A stretch of 64,000 nucleotides of DNA from positions 1-64,000 of the IMG/VR virus record IMGVR_UViG_3300037606_000137. One strand, given 5' to 3'. This DNA is from a virus. The notes under the pieces are model-generated. The model was given only the letters and a program-made list of their open reading frames with translations. It searched no databases and was not told the DNA's origin. Every line of letters begins with the position of its first letter. The first letter of the stretch is position 1. The translations under genes and the position numbers were made by a program. This document shows positions 29,200 through 38,698 of the stretch, piece after piece.

Positions 29200-30327
29200 T
29201 TATTTATATATATATTTAATTTTTTCTTTTAATTCATCTGATAAATTTTTATTAACTAATAATTCGGTTAGAATTAATTTATCTTTATTTTCAATTATAA
29301 AAGATTCTGATAATTTTTGATATTTTGATATATAAGTCCAATAAACTAAATCTTTAAATTCTCTCATAAAATCTTCCGATAACTTTTGATATACTGATAT
29401 ACTATACCAATTAAATAAATCTTTAAATTCTCTCATAAACGATTCTGATAAATTTTGATATACTGATATACTATACCAATTAATTAAATCTTTATATTCT
29501 CTCATAAATTCTTCTGATAATTTTTGAAACTGTGATATATCATTCCAATTATTTTGTGATGTATTTTTATAATCTTTATCAGTTAATTTATTTGCTTTAG
29601 CTTTAATTATAAATGGTATTTTATATTTTTTATATTTATTTTCTATAAATTCAAATAAATTAAATATTAAATTTACGTCTAATTTATTATCTTCAAAAAT
29701 ATCATTATCGTTTTTATCCATAAATGAGTCAGATTCGTAATGAAATTGATATTTTTCATTACCTTTAATAAAAATGAATAAATTATCATCTTGAATATAA
29801 TCATTAAAATAATTGGTTGTTTTACCTGTTGCTGTACACCATTCTGTTCCAGAACCTAATTCACAACTAACATTATAATTATTTAAATTATCTTTTGGTA
29901 ATTCATAAACAGTAAAACCATCAACTATACCTATTTCAAATTGTTTATATTTTTCATTTTTTGAAATACCTTTAATACTAGATACATCTTCAGATTCTCT
30001 GTTTTTTATTTCAACAGATTTTTCTATAAATTCTTTTAAATCTTGTTTCGTTTTATATTGATTTATATCTTGAAATTTATATTCTTTTTTATATCTATCA
30101 AACAATAAAAAATAATTATTGTATTTATAAATATCTTCACTTAATATTAAATTATTTAAAAGTTTAGTTATCAGCCATGTAGCATAAGCAGATTTATTTA
30201 TATTTAATTTAATTTCATCAAAAATTTCATCAGTAATTTTGTTTGTATCAACGAATTGTGTTTTAAGTTGATCAAAACTTGCTTCATTTATACTATAAAC
30301 TTTAAATTCATTAATACTCGTTATCAT
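29200..30327 (-). CDS. Trp-repeat protein with MITT tag, inverted paralog of 26030-27298
   Basis: Near-identical first ~250 aa; about four Trp repeats. Confidence 0.8.
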   Translation of the reverse strand: MITSINEFKVYSINEASFDQLKTQFVDTNKITDEIFDEIKLNINKSAYATWLITKLLNNLILSEDIYKYNNYFLLFDRYKKEYKFQDINQYKTKQDLKEFIEKSVEIKNRESEDVSSIKGISKNEKYKQFEIGIVDGFTVYELPKDNLNNYNVSCELGSGTEWCTATGKTTNYFNDYIQDDNLFIFIKGNEKYQFHYESDSFMDKNDNDIFEDNKLDVNLIFNLFEFIENKYKKYKIPFIIKAKANKLTDKDYKNTSQNNWNDISQFQKLSEEFMREYKDLINWYSISVYQNLSESFMREFKDLFNWYSISVYQKLSEDFMREFKDLVYWTYISKYQKLSESFIIENKDKLILTELLVNKNLSDELKEKIKYIYK

Positions 30328-30337
30328 AAATTATATA

Positions 30338-31189
30338 TTATTTCTTTTTATATGCTCTAACATAATCAACAATATGTTTAGTTGGATATATTGCATTTTC
30401 TGGACCTTGTTCAGTATGAATTGCATTATTAATTATAATATGCATTGGATATTTAAATGCTTTTAAAGCTATTGGGTTTGAAAATATTCTAACTAATATA
30501 TTATCATAATAAATTTTAAAATATTTATCTGTCCATTCACAAGCATATGTATGAAAATCTTCTGATACTGAATGAACAAAATGATTTCCAACTTTAAATT
30601 TATGTTTATTTTTTTTATTTTTCCAATGGAAATTACTATCAAATCTTCTTAATCCATGTTTAGATCCAGTATAAATTTCATAAACATCTATTTCTGGTGG
30701 CCAATCAAATGTTGAAGCTAACCAAAATGCTGGCCAACCGCCTGGTTGATCTGAAATTTTACTTCTAATTTCAAAATAACCATATTGTTGTTTAAATATA
30801 TTTGAATTGTCTATTTGTCCTACTTGATATGGTATTGTCCATTCACCATGATTAACACCATTCCAATCAACATGTTCAATAGTTTTAGGAACATTTATAG
30901 CTAATTGAACTAATTTATTATCTTCAATTAGATTAAGATCATCAGCATAATATGAAACAGGTGCATTTCCGTTAGTAATAGAACCGTAATGATAACGATA
31001 ACCATAATATGCATCTGTTCTCCATTTACTTCTATCTAATTCAACACCATTAAATTCATCATTAAAAGTTAAATCCCAATTTTCTTTATCAATACAATTA
31101 ATAACATTGTAATTCTTTTTTAATTTAATTTTAAAATATAAATTAATTCTTAAATATAAATTAATTATAAAATCTTTAATTCTCCACAT
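30338..31189 (-). CDS. glycoside hydrolase family 16
   Basis: DEFNG, YGYFEIR, WPAFWL, EIDVYE, FHTYACEW, VDYVRAY. Confidence 0.9.
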   Translation of the reverse strand: MWRIKDFIINLYLRINLYFKIKLKKNYNVINCIDKENWDLTFNDEFNGVELDRSKWRTDAYYGYRYHYGSITNGNAPVSYYADDLNLIEDNKLVQLAINVPKTIEHVDWNGVNHGEWTIPYQVGQIDNSNIFKQQYGYFEIRSKISDQPGGWPAFWLASTFDWPPEIDVYEIYTGSKHGLRRFDSNFHWKNKKNKHKFKVGNHFVHSVSEDFHTYACEWTDKYFKIYYDNILVRIFSNPIALKAFKYPMHIIINNAIHTEQGPENAIYPTKHIVDYVRAYKKK

Positions 31190-31207
31190 ATAAATATATA
31201 TATATAT

Positions 31208-31783
31208 TTATTTTAAATCAAATGTATAATTTTGTTTAATAGTATTAGATGGAACATAAAATTTATACGTATAACTATGCGGTCTAATTACCCAATTAGC
31301 GTATTTTTCAGGTATCATATTGCTATATTTAATTAAATATGCTTTAGTTAAAAGACTATCTTCAACAATTTCAACATTTGTTGCATCTAATTTATTTTGT
31401 TTATATGTATTTGTTCCAGTTTTAATATAGTAATAATAATAACTTTCACTTTCAACTGTTCCAGTACCTAAAAAAAAACTACCGCTATTAGAAAAATTAT
31501 CATTAATAGATTTTAATTCAATTGTTTTAACTTTTTTTGTAATTAAACTATTTGTATCTTTATAATAGCATACTATTGCCATATTTAATAATATACAAAC
31601 AAATATAAATAAACTAATAATAGTTAAATAATGTATTTCTTTTTTTAATAATTTATAAAAAAATAACCAAATTATAGAAGGAATTAAAACACTTATTAAA
31701 TATAACATACTTTTACTTTTATTTTTTATTAATAAAAAAAAAAACTGATAATTAATTATCAGTTTTTTTTTTTTTAAGTGCAC
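31208..31783 (-). CDS. membrane protein (true start likely MLYLIS)
   Basis: Two TM helices then GSFFLGTG...YYYY. Confidence 0.6.
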   Translation of the reverse strand: MHLKKKKLIINYQFFFLLIKNKSKSMLYLISVLIPSIIWLFFYKLLKKEIHYLTIISLFIFVCILLNMAIVCYYKDTNSLITKKVKTIELKSINDNFSNSGSFFLGTGTVESESYYYYYIKTGTNTYKQNKLDATNVEIVEDSLLTKAYLIKYSNMIPEKYANWVIRPHSYTYKFYVPSNTIKQNYTFDLK

Positions 31784-31816
31784 CTATATATCAAGTACAT
31801 AAAGGCACTATTTTTG

Positions 31817-31889
31817 TAGCGGATGTTTGACTCGAACAAACGATCTTTGGATTATGAGCCCAACGAGATACCAACTTCTCCAACCCACA
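31817..31889 (-). tRNA. tRNA-Met(CAU), initiator-like
   Basis: 1:72 mismatch; TTGGG-CTCATAA-TCCAA. Confidence 0.85.
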
Positions 31890-32019
31890 GAATAAAATTT
31901 AGCAATTCCTCACTATACTTTATTAAATTTCCTACACTATAGGATTATTTTATAATTTTAATTATATATTAAAATTTATTTACTCTGTTTTAATATAATT
32001 ACTAATATTTTTATTCTTC

Positions 32020-32735
32020 TTAGTTTAAAGCCCTTGCACCACTTCACGGTGAGAATAAATCACAAGGGTACATCGTTTTAGCACTGTTATCCGATTAAAT
32101 ACATGATCGTTTTCACGTCAGTTACACGATTACCGTTCAGCAATCTTCATGTATTTTGCCTGTAATTCATTGTCTGGAATCACACAGTAGTTATGTACAA
32201 TATTCTAATCTTTCACACAACAAGTTTGCAGCTCTTGTATTACTCAACTGTAAAACATTTACATCTTGGGATATAAACACTTTACCATTTTTGATGTCAA
32301 TTCAAAGTTTTAATTTGAATGATAGGCACTTCTATTGCACATAGTCAATTTTTAATTCAAACCGAAGTTCAAATTTTTCCAAGCCAAAAGAAGACATAAT
32401 ATCTTTTTTTTTCTGTAGATCTAAGGATTTTTGCTTCCCTAGGATAAAATTACAAATCCCTAAATTATTAAAATAACTACAACAAAATTAGCGATTTTGT
32501 CTCTACATTTTAATCACTGGATATATTTAATGGTCGCTAAACCCCTTTGTCTATCCACACTTTTCTGTATAACTCCTCACCCGAAAAAAGGTTACTGTTT
32601 CATCTCACGACGATCCGCATTATAACGTGTTTTTGTATATCAACTATTTAAAAATAATTGTTGTAATTTAGCCTTCTAACTACAATTTTAATTCCGTACG
32701 ACATCGGAAATATTTTAAAAAATCAAAGAACGTTT
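32020..32735 (-). ncRNA. candidate large structured ncRNA
   Basis: ~700 nt without a credible ORF, visibly GC-richer, many hairpins, inside a tRNA island, with AATATATA at 32763-32770 upstream. Confidence 0.5.
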
Positions 32736-32913
32736 TCTTTATGTTTTCACATTTATAATAGTTATATATTATTAATGTAAAAAAGTTTAATTTAATTTAA
32801 AAATAATTTTCAATTCTAAAATAATATAAGAGTTAAACTTATATTCCACAGTACGCAGCCTGTGTTCCTAACCAATTAGAAGAATTATCTTAGAATTGAA
32901 AATTATTTTTTAG

Positions 32914-32997
32914 TAGAAAAGAATGGAATCGAACCATTGTCTTGTCCAAGGATTCTCGAGATCGGATGGACTGCTCTAACCACTGAGCTACATTTCT
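32914..32997 (-). ncRNA. tRNA-like RNA with elongated anticodon arm
   Basis: Canonical D and T arms; GTCCA-TCC-GAT-CTCGAGA-ATC-CT-TGGAC. Confidence 0.65.
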
Positions 32998-33206
32998 ATA
33001 ATATTTTTCCTTGTATTTGTGCACAAACACAAGGCGAAAGTGTTTCGTAATAGACATAAACATCGATCAAATGTTTATTACTTAATTACTTCATATTATC
33101 ATTATACTAATACATATTGAACTTTGTCCTTTGGGTATTCCCAAGTGCTCCACCAATTGAGCTTATGTAATCAAACATATAATAAAATTGTTTGTTCTTT
33201 CCTTTT

Positions 33207-34076
33207 TTATTCTTTCTTATTCATTTTTCTACCCTTAATCCACCCAACATTTATAAATGATTGTAATTCTTTTATTGTAATTTTTTTATTTATATCGTCT
33301 TTAGTAATCCAACAAGTTCCAAATGATGCATTCTTAATACCTGCATTTTTACTTTTTTTCATTTTTTGTTTAGTTTCTTCTGAATGTTTTTTACCTGTCC
33401 AATTATGAACCAATTCACCTGATAAATATCTAGGATCATTAATAGAAACATTAAATGTATTACCATCTTTATCTTTAACTGTTATTGTATTTTTTAATAC
33501 GTGTATTAATACACCTGATAAATATCTAGGATCATTAATAGAAACACTAAATGTATTTCCTTTAGAATCTTTAACTGGTATGAAATTTTTTGCAATTCCA
33601 TTTAATTCACCTGATAAATATTTAGGATCATCACAGAATACACTAAATGTTTTACCATCTTTATCTTTAACTGTTGTCATTCCTTTTGTGTTATGAACTA
33701 ATTCACCTGATAAATATCTTGGATCGTCACAAAAAACACTAAATGTTTTACCATATTTATTTTTAACTGTAACCATTCCTAGTTTACCAGCATAACCACC
33801 AAAATTAATATTCATACAATATTTATCTTCGAGTATTTCTCTCGTTAATAAATCAATTTCAGCTTGAATTAAATCTTCTCTATTGTCAAATTGTTCTATA
33901 ATTTCTCGTTTGAAATTATCTTTACCATATCTATGTATGGAATTTCGTAAATATTTTCCTGATCCTAAATATGAATCATTTAAATTATTAGTTGAATGTA
34001 TACCATAATAATACTTTCCATTTATCAAATTTGTAGTTTTATACAAATAATGATATTTTTTATCTATGTTTCTCAT
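33207..34076 (-). CDS. Seg-like GIY-YIG homing endonuclease within the tRNA island
   Basis: YLYKTTN...YYGIH...YLGSG; four ~31-aa repeats V.DKDG.TFSV..DDPRYLSG; NUMOD3-like KHSEETKQKM. Confidence 0.85.
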   Translation of the reverse strand: MRNIDKKYHYLYKTTNLINGKYYYGIHSTNNLNDSYLGSGKYLRNSIHRYGKDNFKREIIEQFDNREDLIQAEIDLLTREILEDKYCMNINFGGYAGKLGMVTVKNKYGKTFSVFCDDPRYLSGELVHNTKGMTTVKDKDGKTFSVFCDDPKYLSGELNGIAKNFIPVKDSKGNTFSVSINDPRYLSGVLIHVLKNTITVKDKDGNTFNVSINDPRYLSGELVHNWTGKKHSEETKQKMKKSKNAGIKNASFGTCWITKDDINKKITIKELQSFINVGWIKGRKMNKKE

Positions 34077-34115
34077 AACTTATATATTAAAATATAAATC
34101 ACTAAAACACATCAG

Positions 34116-34186
34116 TAGTGTATACTGGATTTGAACCAATGGCCTCCGGACTTAACCGACGCTCTCCCAGACTGAGCTAATACACA
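34116..34186 (-). ncRNA. tRNA-like RNA with shortened anticodon arm
   Basis: Good D and T arms; TCGG-TTAAGT-CCGG. Confidence 0.6.
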
Positions 34187-34517
34187 TACAGATCAGATAT
34201 TAGGACCTGCAACTATTATCCAGTTTGTTTTTGGTCTGGTATAACCAACTCTAACAGTCTATTTTTACATAGACAACTTTTGCAAAAGTTCACTAACATG
34301 TTGCAACATGTTAATTAACACTCGAAGTTTCTTTTAGATAGACTTATGGTCTATGAAACCAGTAATGTTTGTAAAACCTAGAGATTCGAACTCTTAACTT
34401 AGTTTCAAGTTTCATTCCTGTAAGGAAACTACTAATATCATCTTGTGCCCAATACACTATATTTTATCTCTGTCTTCGAAAACAGAATACGTTAAGATTA
34501 ATTAATTCTTAACTTTG

Positions 34518-34650
34518 TGGTTTTAATTGGAATCGAACCAATATAATAAACTACATATTAAATCACTTTAGTTTATAACTAGTATTATTCACTTAGTAAT
34601 ATTTAATCTTCGTTTAGCCAATATCGTTATTATAAAATAACTATAAAACC
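34518..34650 (-). ncRNA. tRNA-like acceptor/T-arm enclosing a ~100-nt insert
   Basis: GGTTTTA/TAAAACC-A acceptor and ATTGG-TTCGATT-CCAAT T-arm. Confidence 0.5.
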
Positions 34651-34673
34651 GTAACTTTTAATTTTTAAACAAC

Positions 34674-34891
34674 CTCTTTTGATTGTTAAACAAATATAAG
34701 AATAATATTTTAATAATAAAAATAAATCTTAATTTTTTTTGTACTATTTTATTTGTTGCGAGGAAAGGAATCGAACCTCCAAAAATCGCTACTCTAACCC
34801 AATTGAGCTACCTCGCTATAATATTTTCAATCTCTTTTGATTGTTAAACAAATATAAGAATAATATTTTAATAATAAAAATAAATCTTAAT
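34674..34891. repeat. 60-bp exact direct repeat (34674-34733, 34832-34891) containing a TATATTTG promoter box
   Basis: ctcttttgattgttaaacaaatataagaataatattttaataataaaaataaatcttaat occurs twice. Confidence 0.9.
34756..34817 (-). ncRNA. tRNA-like RNA with no anticodon arm
   Basis: GCGAGG/CCTCGC acceptor, GCTC..GAGT D-arm, 10-nt linker, GGAGG-TTCGATT-CCTTT. Confidence 0.65.
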
Positions 34892-35153
34892 ATTTTTTTT
34901 AACAATCACCATTACAATAACCTCTTGATTCACAATCAGGACAATAAATTTCACAAATAAAAAGTACACCTGATTGTATTTTACGACCAGCAGACATACT
35001 AGATCTATCATTCATAAATGCAGTTCTTAAATATGTTGCATCTTTTGCAATTCGTTTCATTTTACGTTTTAAAGAACGTTGTTGTTTTTAATAATTTTAT
35101 TTTCTCTAGTCATGTATTATAAATATAAAATTTGTTTACTAAAAATGCCGCGG

Positions 35154-35225
35154 TGGTCCTGGTTGGACTCAAACCAACACTCTTTGCATTATGAGTGCAC
35201 TGCTTCATCTTTAAGCTACAGGACC
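35154..35225 (-). tRNA. tRNA(CAU), Ile2 or elongator Met
   Basis: GGTCCTG/CAGGACC-A; TGCA-CTCATAA-TGCA. Confidence 0.85.
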
Positions 35226-35284
35226 GATTATATTTTGTTTTCTTGAATACAAGTATAGGTATAATATTTGAATAAAAAAAATAA

Positions 35285-35647
35285 TTACATATTTTTTATT
35301 TTTATTTTTAATTCATCATTAATATCATTATTAATATATGAATGAATCGGTATATCATATATATGAATTGTTTCATTAGGTGGAATTAAAATGCCTGTTG
35401 TACTTGCCCACCATATTTTTGTAGGTGATAATATTTCTAATGCCGGTTGTTGATGTTCTTTATTTTGATTTAATTTATTTTTTATTATAGATAATGCTTC
35501 ATCTGATATTTTTAAATCATTTTTATTAAAATCTGTTAACATTGATCCAATGCCTATTGATTTTAATTTTGGTGTATTAATTAATTTAATAATTAACCAA
35601 TTATTATATTCTTTAATCTCTACTGTATGTGTATCTGCTGTTTTCAT
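35285..35647 (-). CDS. hypothetical protein
   Basis: 120-aa ORF. Confidence 0.55.
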   Translation of the reverse strand: MKTADTHTVEIKEYNNWLIIKLINTPKLKSIGIGSMLTDFNKNDLKISDEALSIIKNKLNQNKEHQQPALEILSPTKIWWASTTGILIPPNETIHIYDIPIHSYINNDINDELKIKIKNM

Positions 35648-35706
35648 ATAAAAAAATTCCTACCAATTATATTGGTAGGAATTTAATAAGTTTAGTATAG
35701 TATAAA

Positions 35707-36258
35707 TTATTTTTTATAATTTGTCAATCGTTTTGATCGAACATCTTGAATTTTACAATGATTTAATTTTGCATATTGTGAACGTACATTATCACGAGTT
35801 AATATCTCATTATAAATATGTACCTCATTATTTCCATCTTTATGAAAAACAACCCAATCTCCATCTAAACTAAAATGATTTTTAGCATGTGTATCAGTAT
35901 AATAAATATTTGTTGGTTCTTTAGAATCAACAACTGAAACCGGAACCAAAACCGGAACAATTACAGTATCATCATCATCATCATCAGAACTATCGTCTAA
36001 TTTTGATGCATAACCACCAACATTTAATTCGTGACTTACTGTCCAAGAATATACAAAATGATTTGTTTTTGAATTATCTCTAACATAATTAGTCGTTTCA
36101 GTAAATAATATTTCCATTATTTCACTTACTTTACTTTGTTCAGCAAAGTACCCTAAATTACGTAATTCGTTTTTCACTTCTAATGTCGTTGTTGTACCAT
36201 TAGTGTGAATTAATAAATCAAGCATCGTACAAACTGATGTATCAGTTAATTTTATCAT
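35707..36258 (-). CDS. hypothetical protein, C-domain paralogous to 42911-43186
   Basis: WVVF...Y...LTRD.VRS...VRSKR. Confidence 0.65.
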   Translation of the reverse strand: MIKLTDTSVCTMLDLLIHTNGTTTTLEVKNELRNLGYFAEQSKVSEIMEILFTETTNYVRDNSKTNHFVYSWTVSHELNVGGYASKLDDSSDDDDDDTVIVPVLVPVSVVDSKEPTNIYYTDTHAKNHFSLDGDWVVFHKDGNNEVHIYNEILTRDNVRSQYAKLNHCKIQDVRSKRLTNYKK

Positions 36259-36366
36259 AATATTTTTTTATATTTAATTATAACAAGTATATAAATAATA
36301 TTTGATTTAAAAAAATCTATATACTTTTTTTTAATATATAATAAAGAATAAAAAAATTATTATATT

Positions 36367-38499
36367 ATGTATAATTTAGAAAAAAAAATTAAATCAATTT
36401 TTGAAGCACCAATAGCATTTGATGAATTACCACAAAACCATTATTTAGCAGGTAAAGATCTAACAATAGTGATTAAAAGATTAATAGATAAAGATGTTAA
36501 TAGTATTAAAGATATGTTATCTAAAATGTCATGGAAAAATATATCATTTGAGTACAGTGGAGAAGTATATATTATTATATTACCTACTGCTATTACTACA
36601 GCAATAAAAAAATTATATAATGGAAAATCTCCTGGTAGTACTGATCCAATTGCTATTAAAAATGATTATAAATTTAAAGAAACAGCTAAAAATATAACAA
36701 TTGATACTTTTACTATTCAAAATTATTGGTTTAAAAATAGTGGTTTAACTTCAGCGAATACATATATGAAAATTGATAATCAACAAAGAACACATTTTCC
36801 AAATGGTGGTATTAGTGAAAAATTAAGAAATACAGGTTTAGGTAAAAAATTATACCGTGCATTAATTGAAATGAAAAATTGGGTGCATACAAATGATGGT
36901 GGATCAACATCAAAAGATTGGATGTGGGCAGCTTTAACAATGCAACAGTTTAAACCTAATGGACAAAGAGATAAAGATGCTGAAATATATTCTTTCAGAT
37001 TTTACAATAAATTATATGCAGTATCTACAACTAGAACTGATAATATTGAAAGTGGTCATTTTATAATAAATAAAATAGAAGATAAAAGTTTATTAGCAAC
37101 TAAAGAATTACGTCTTGCAAATAATATAGGTATTGATGAAGATTTTATTAAATTATGTAAAGCAAATAAAGCAACAAATACTAAAGCTGCTGAGGTTTTT
37201 GGATGGTTAAATCCATCACCAGCATCTATAAAATTAAGAAAAAAACTAGAAGCTGAAAGATTAAAAGCTGAAGAATTACGTAAAAAAGAAGAAGAAAAAC
37301 AATTAAATATTCAATTAAAAAATAGATTGAAAACGTATTGTGGTGTTACAAAAATATCAGATTTATCATCTGATTGGAATGTTGGTGATTGGATTGTTGT
37401 TAAACAATATTTATTACAACCAACTTTTTCTGATTTACCTGTACGTAAAGTTATTAGAAAAAACGGTGATACTTTTAATGCAATATTACCTGACTATCCT
37501 GATGATACAACTAATTTTAGAAGTACAATTATTAAAGATGAATGGGTTAAAGCATTACCACCAGCTATTGGATCATTTTATCCACCAGGAATTATGAACA
37601 CTGCTGTATCTGCAATACGTAGACCTGTTGTATTTGCTTTTACTGGATCTGAACCAACAACTACAACACAAGAACCAACTACAACACAAGAACCAACTAC
37701 AAATCAGATACAAGCGGAATTTAATATTGATGCTAGTAAAACAAACATTTTAGAATTTACACCAAGAGAAAAAAAACGTTTTTTAAATTCTAAATTATCA
37801 AATGATTTAATATTTATACCAAAATTTAACTCAATATCAAATATATATAAAATTGATAGTGCTCCTATATTTGGATATGCGTTTGGTGGTAGTTTATATT
37901 ATAATACCAAAACAATGGAAGGTATTTTGAATAGTAGTAATGTTACTAATTATATTAATAACCAATGTAATAAATATAGAAGAGTTGAATTAGATGATAA
38001 GCGTGATTTGAATGTTGATGATTTAGTATTTATTAAAATGCACTCAAAATTCTTTGGATATGTTGCTAGAGTATTAGGTACATCATTAACATCGAGAGGT
38101 GATAAATATATTTATTTACGTGTTCCAGGTGCTGGAAGAAATGATAGATTGACATTAACACCAAGAGGTTTAGATAGGTTGGTTGCAGTTACAAATGAAT
38201 CAAACAAAACGCCTAATTTTGATAAATATTTACAAATGATTAAAGAATCTAAGATTGTTACTGAAAGTAATTTAAATGCAAAACAACTTATTATTGATTA
38301 TTGTGAAGAATTAATTAGTGTTGATTTAGTTCCTATTGATATAGCTGAAACAATATCAAATGAATTAGAAAACTTTAAAAATGATAAAGATAATAATTTA
38401 AAAAATATATTACAAGAATTACATGGTGCAGATTTATTACCAACCGATACAAATGGTGGTATTAGTGAACCAGATGATATAATAAATTTATTTCTATAA
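36367..38499 (+). CDS. large multidomain protein with a GNAT-like acetyl-CoA motif
   Basis: SEKLRNTGLGKKLY (R-x-x-G-x-G); EPTTT linker. Confidence 0.55.
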   Translation: MYNLEKKIKSIFEAPIAFDELPQNHYLAGKDLTIVIKRLIDKDVNSIKDMLSKMSWKNISFEYSGEVYIIILPTAITTAIKKLYNGKSPGSTDPIAIKNDYKFKETAKNITIDTFTIQNYWFKNSGLTSANTYMKIDNQQRTHFPNGGISEKLRNTGLGKKLYRALIEMKNWVHTNDGGSTSKDWMWAALTMQQFKPNGQRDKDAEIYSFRFYNKLYAVSTTRTDNIESGHFIINKIEDKSLLATKELRLANNIGIDEDFIKLCKANKATNTKAAEVFGWLNPSPASIKLRKKLEAERLKAEELRKKEEEKQLNIQLKNRLKTYCGVTKISDLSSDWNVGDWIVVKQYLLQPTFSDLPVRKVIRKNGDTFNAILPDYPDDTTNFRSTIIKDEWVKALPPAIGSFYPPGIMNTAVSAIRRPVVFAFTGSEPTTTTQEPTTTQEPTTNQIQAEFNIDASKTNILEFTPREKKRFLNSKLSNDLIFIPKFNSISNIYKIDSAPIFGYAFGGSLYYNTKTMEGILNSSNVTNYINNQCNKYRRVELDDKRDLNVDDLVFIKMHSKFFGYVARVLGTSLTSRGDKYIYLRVPGAGRNDRLTLTPRGLDRLVAVTNESNKTPNFDKYLQMIKESKIVTESNLNAKQLIIDYCEELISVDLVPIDIAETISNELENFKNDKDNNLKNILQELHGADLLPTDTNGGISEPDDIINLFL

Positions 38500-38503
38500 A
38501 TAT

Positions 38504-38538
38504 AAAAAAAGACTCAAATTAATTTGAGTCTTTTTTTT
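38504..38538. terminator. bidirectional intrinsic terminator
   Basis: aaaaaagactcaaa-ttaa-tttgagtctttttttt. Confidence 0.85.
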
Positions 38539-38698
38539 ATTATTAAACAGTGTGGTTATATGTTTGGAGACTGTTAATTTTAATATATAACAACAAAATA
38601 TTAATAATAATATGGTTTGTGTATGTGGTAAAGAAATAGAAAATATTGGTCATTATGGGAATCTGATATAATTAATATTGATAATATTATCAATAACC

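Noticed and set aside
31890-31970. Second leader-peptide attenuator ahead of the initiator tRNA
   Set aside because: No uORF or terminator hairpin found there
32156-32344. 62-aa ORF
   Set aside because: TTG start, no motifs, lies inside the ncRNA candidate
34900-35113. Possible decayed small gene (DATYLRTA...)
   Set aside because: Fragmented, with too weak a resemblance to name
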